DNA of 60,743 nt, filler included, from Hydrolagus affinis (Eukaryota), in the NCBI GenBank assembly GCA_012026655.1. It is 4 parts of 4 records of this genome, joined end to end, with 100 filler letters (N's around TTAATTAATTAA, not from the genome) between each part and the next. Parts side by side here need not be neighbours in the genome. Positions count along the whole stretch, not along the records: positions 48,425 to 60,743 come from JAAILG010022098.1; 3 more parts are not named here. One strand, given 5' to 3'. The notes beneath the pieces are model-generated. The model was not told the DNA's origin and made no database searches. It saw only the letters and a program-made list of their open reading frames with translations. Made by a program: the position numbers and the translations under genes. Shown one piece after another: positions 59,294-60,743 of the stretch (position 1 is the first letter of the stretch; every line of letters begins with the position of its first letter).

Positions 59294-60307
59294 AAAACGC
59301 CAAGATGGGACGTAATAAATGGTAAGAATAATTTCCAAGTTTCTTTCACAGTGAAAGCTTATGTTGTGTTTGATATTCCTGTCCACTTCAATATTGTTTT
59401 TATTTTATCTCGAAATATGTGCGCAATGGAACGACAATGGTAAATTTGCATCTGAAGCAAAGCGACAGTATTCACAGAGTTCTCTAAAAAAATAGATAGT
59501 TAATTCACCTGGTTGTATTTTCTGTGGAGCGCTTTGCGACTTCCCGAATACATGATAAGGAACTGTTTGAAATGCAAGGATTATTATTATTAGAGAAATA
59601 GCCATTTCATTAAGTATTTTCAGATGTATATTTATTAAATAGCACTCTTTTGTTTTCCGAACAGCGACAATAAGAAAATGGAAACAAAAGTACGAAATTA
59701 TGAGCATCCAGGTGAGATTCATTCCATTAGTTTTAGAACAAGATTATTCAAATCCAGAGTTCTGTTAAACCAACATGCTACCCGCTAAAAAAAAAAATAG
59801 AGTTTTGAAAGAACACTAGGATGTAAAACATGTATAACGTTTTAACATTTGGGGTCCCGTAGCATGGTTGTTAGACTAGTTGCTCAGCAAGCGAGAGGAT
59901 CTGGATTCCCAGGCAGGTTAAAATGATCTGGAATTTTCTTTAGTCTACAAACTCTCTGTAAGTAAACAAAAAAGACTGTATTGACTCAATGCAGAAAATA
60001 TGTAGTGAATTCGCTTTACTGTGTATACCTTGAAGCGAAATGTGGCGTCAAGACGACGTGATAAATTGTTATATCAAATAAAACGATCATTTTTATTATT
60101 TTAATATTAACGTTTGATTCTCTGTGAAGGTAGGTTCTAAGTGTTTATGAATCATACAATTGCCAATTTTATTCATATAATTCCAACAACCAATGACTTC
60201 TTTATACTCTTAATTTGGGATGAACTGTTGATGGTTATTCACATTATTATCACTATTATTACTACTACGCAGGTGAATCAATGCACAGACATAAGCGTCC
60301 GAATATG
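59294..60307 (+). CDS. Candidate small cytoplasmic exons of gene 2 (59294-59321 and/or 60273-60307)
   Basis: Both have ag/gtaag boundaries. Used together they give ENAKMGRNKW-stop; the second alone gives GESMHRHKRPNM continuing beyond the window. Confidence 0.3.
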
Positions 60308-60743
60308 GTAAGGTCCTTCTTTGAAATTAATTTTAACTGATTTTCCGTTGAGTGATTCAAGACACAGAAAGATACCTAGATTGGTGGATAGCTCCCCGGA
60401 GATAATAGATCATTTAGTAATTGTAATAATAGTTTATTCTCCGAATATTTGTCTGTTTGTAGGGATATCGCTATAAACAATTATCTACCGTATTTTGAAT
60501 CTGAAAACACAGTTATTCCGCTTTACAGTGTTCGCTGTGAACCACTTTGAGATGTCGCTAAAATGTGGTAGTGCGCTGTATTAATCGTTGCTGCACGCTG
60601 CATGCATTCTTGTTATTATTTATCAAGTTTGGCAAAGTTTGTGCGGTCCAAATCAGTGAGCAAAACCGCTGAGCGGACATCTACACCAGTGACTAGTTTT
60701 CATCCTCAGTAAATTAGGAGCTAGTGAAAATGTGTATGTGTAT

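Noticed and set aside
866-60087. The many 60-130 aa ORFs in the track outside the exons listed
   Set aside because: They map to antisense or alternate frames of Ig exons, SINE/L2/CR1 remnants or microsatellites, and show no independent domain signature.
1-60743. TCR D, J or C segments; CRISPR arrays; rRNA; prokaryotic operons
   Set aside because: No 12-RSS-flanked FGxG segment or TCR C exon was found by eye (a systematic RSS scan was not possible). The sequence is intron-rich vertebrate DNA and the recurring motifs are dispersed SINE/LINE copies, not spacer arrays.

Overview
Vertebrate genomic DNA, very probably from a cartilaginous fish. The elephant shark Callorhinchus milii is my inference, from the V-segment style, the SINE/L2/CR1 landscape and the N-gaps with TTAATTAATTAA fillers. 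The window is part of a T-cell receptor alpha/delta V region interleaved with non-rearranging Ig-superfamily genes. It holds four TRAV/TRDV-type V segments with 23-bp-spacer RSSs: three on the minus strand (4.7-12.2 kb) and one inverted on the plus strand (30.2-31.2 kb). Three have 46-nt leader exons; the fourth is cut by a gap. Between them lie two B7-H6/NCR3LG1-like genes. One is conventional (leader-V-C1-TM, 25.9-29.7 kb) with an ISRE plus kappaB-like promoter. The other (13.4-20.5 kb) has a canonical C1 and TM in one exon, followed in frame by five tandem C1-like exons that have lost the Cys-Trp-Cys core, so they are predicted to be cytoplasmic Ig C1 domains; this is the most unusual feature. 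At 49.5-60.3 kb is a head-to-head pair of paralogous leader-V(J)-C1-TM receptor genes with germline-encoded J-like G strands and no RSS (PRARP/VJC1-like, proto-antigen-receptor architecture). The rest is dense tRNA-derived SINEs, L2 and CR1 fragments, microsatellites and four assembly gaps. No TCR D, J or C segment was found by eye. Exon boundaries were derived by hand from GT/AG and reading phase; repeat boundaries are approximate.
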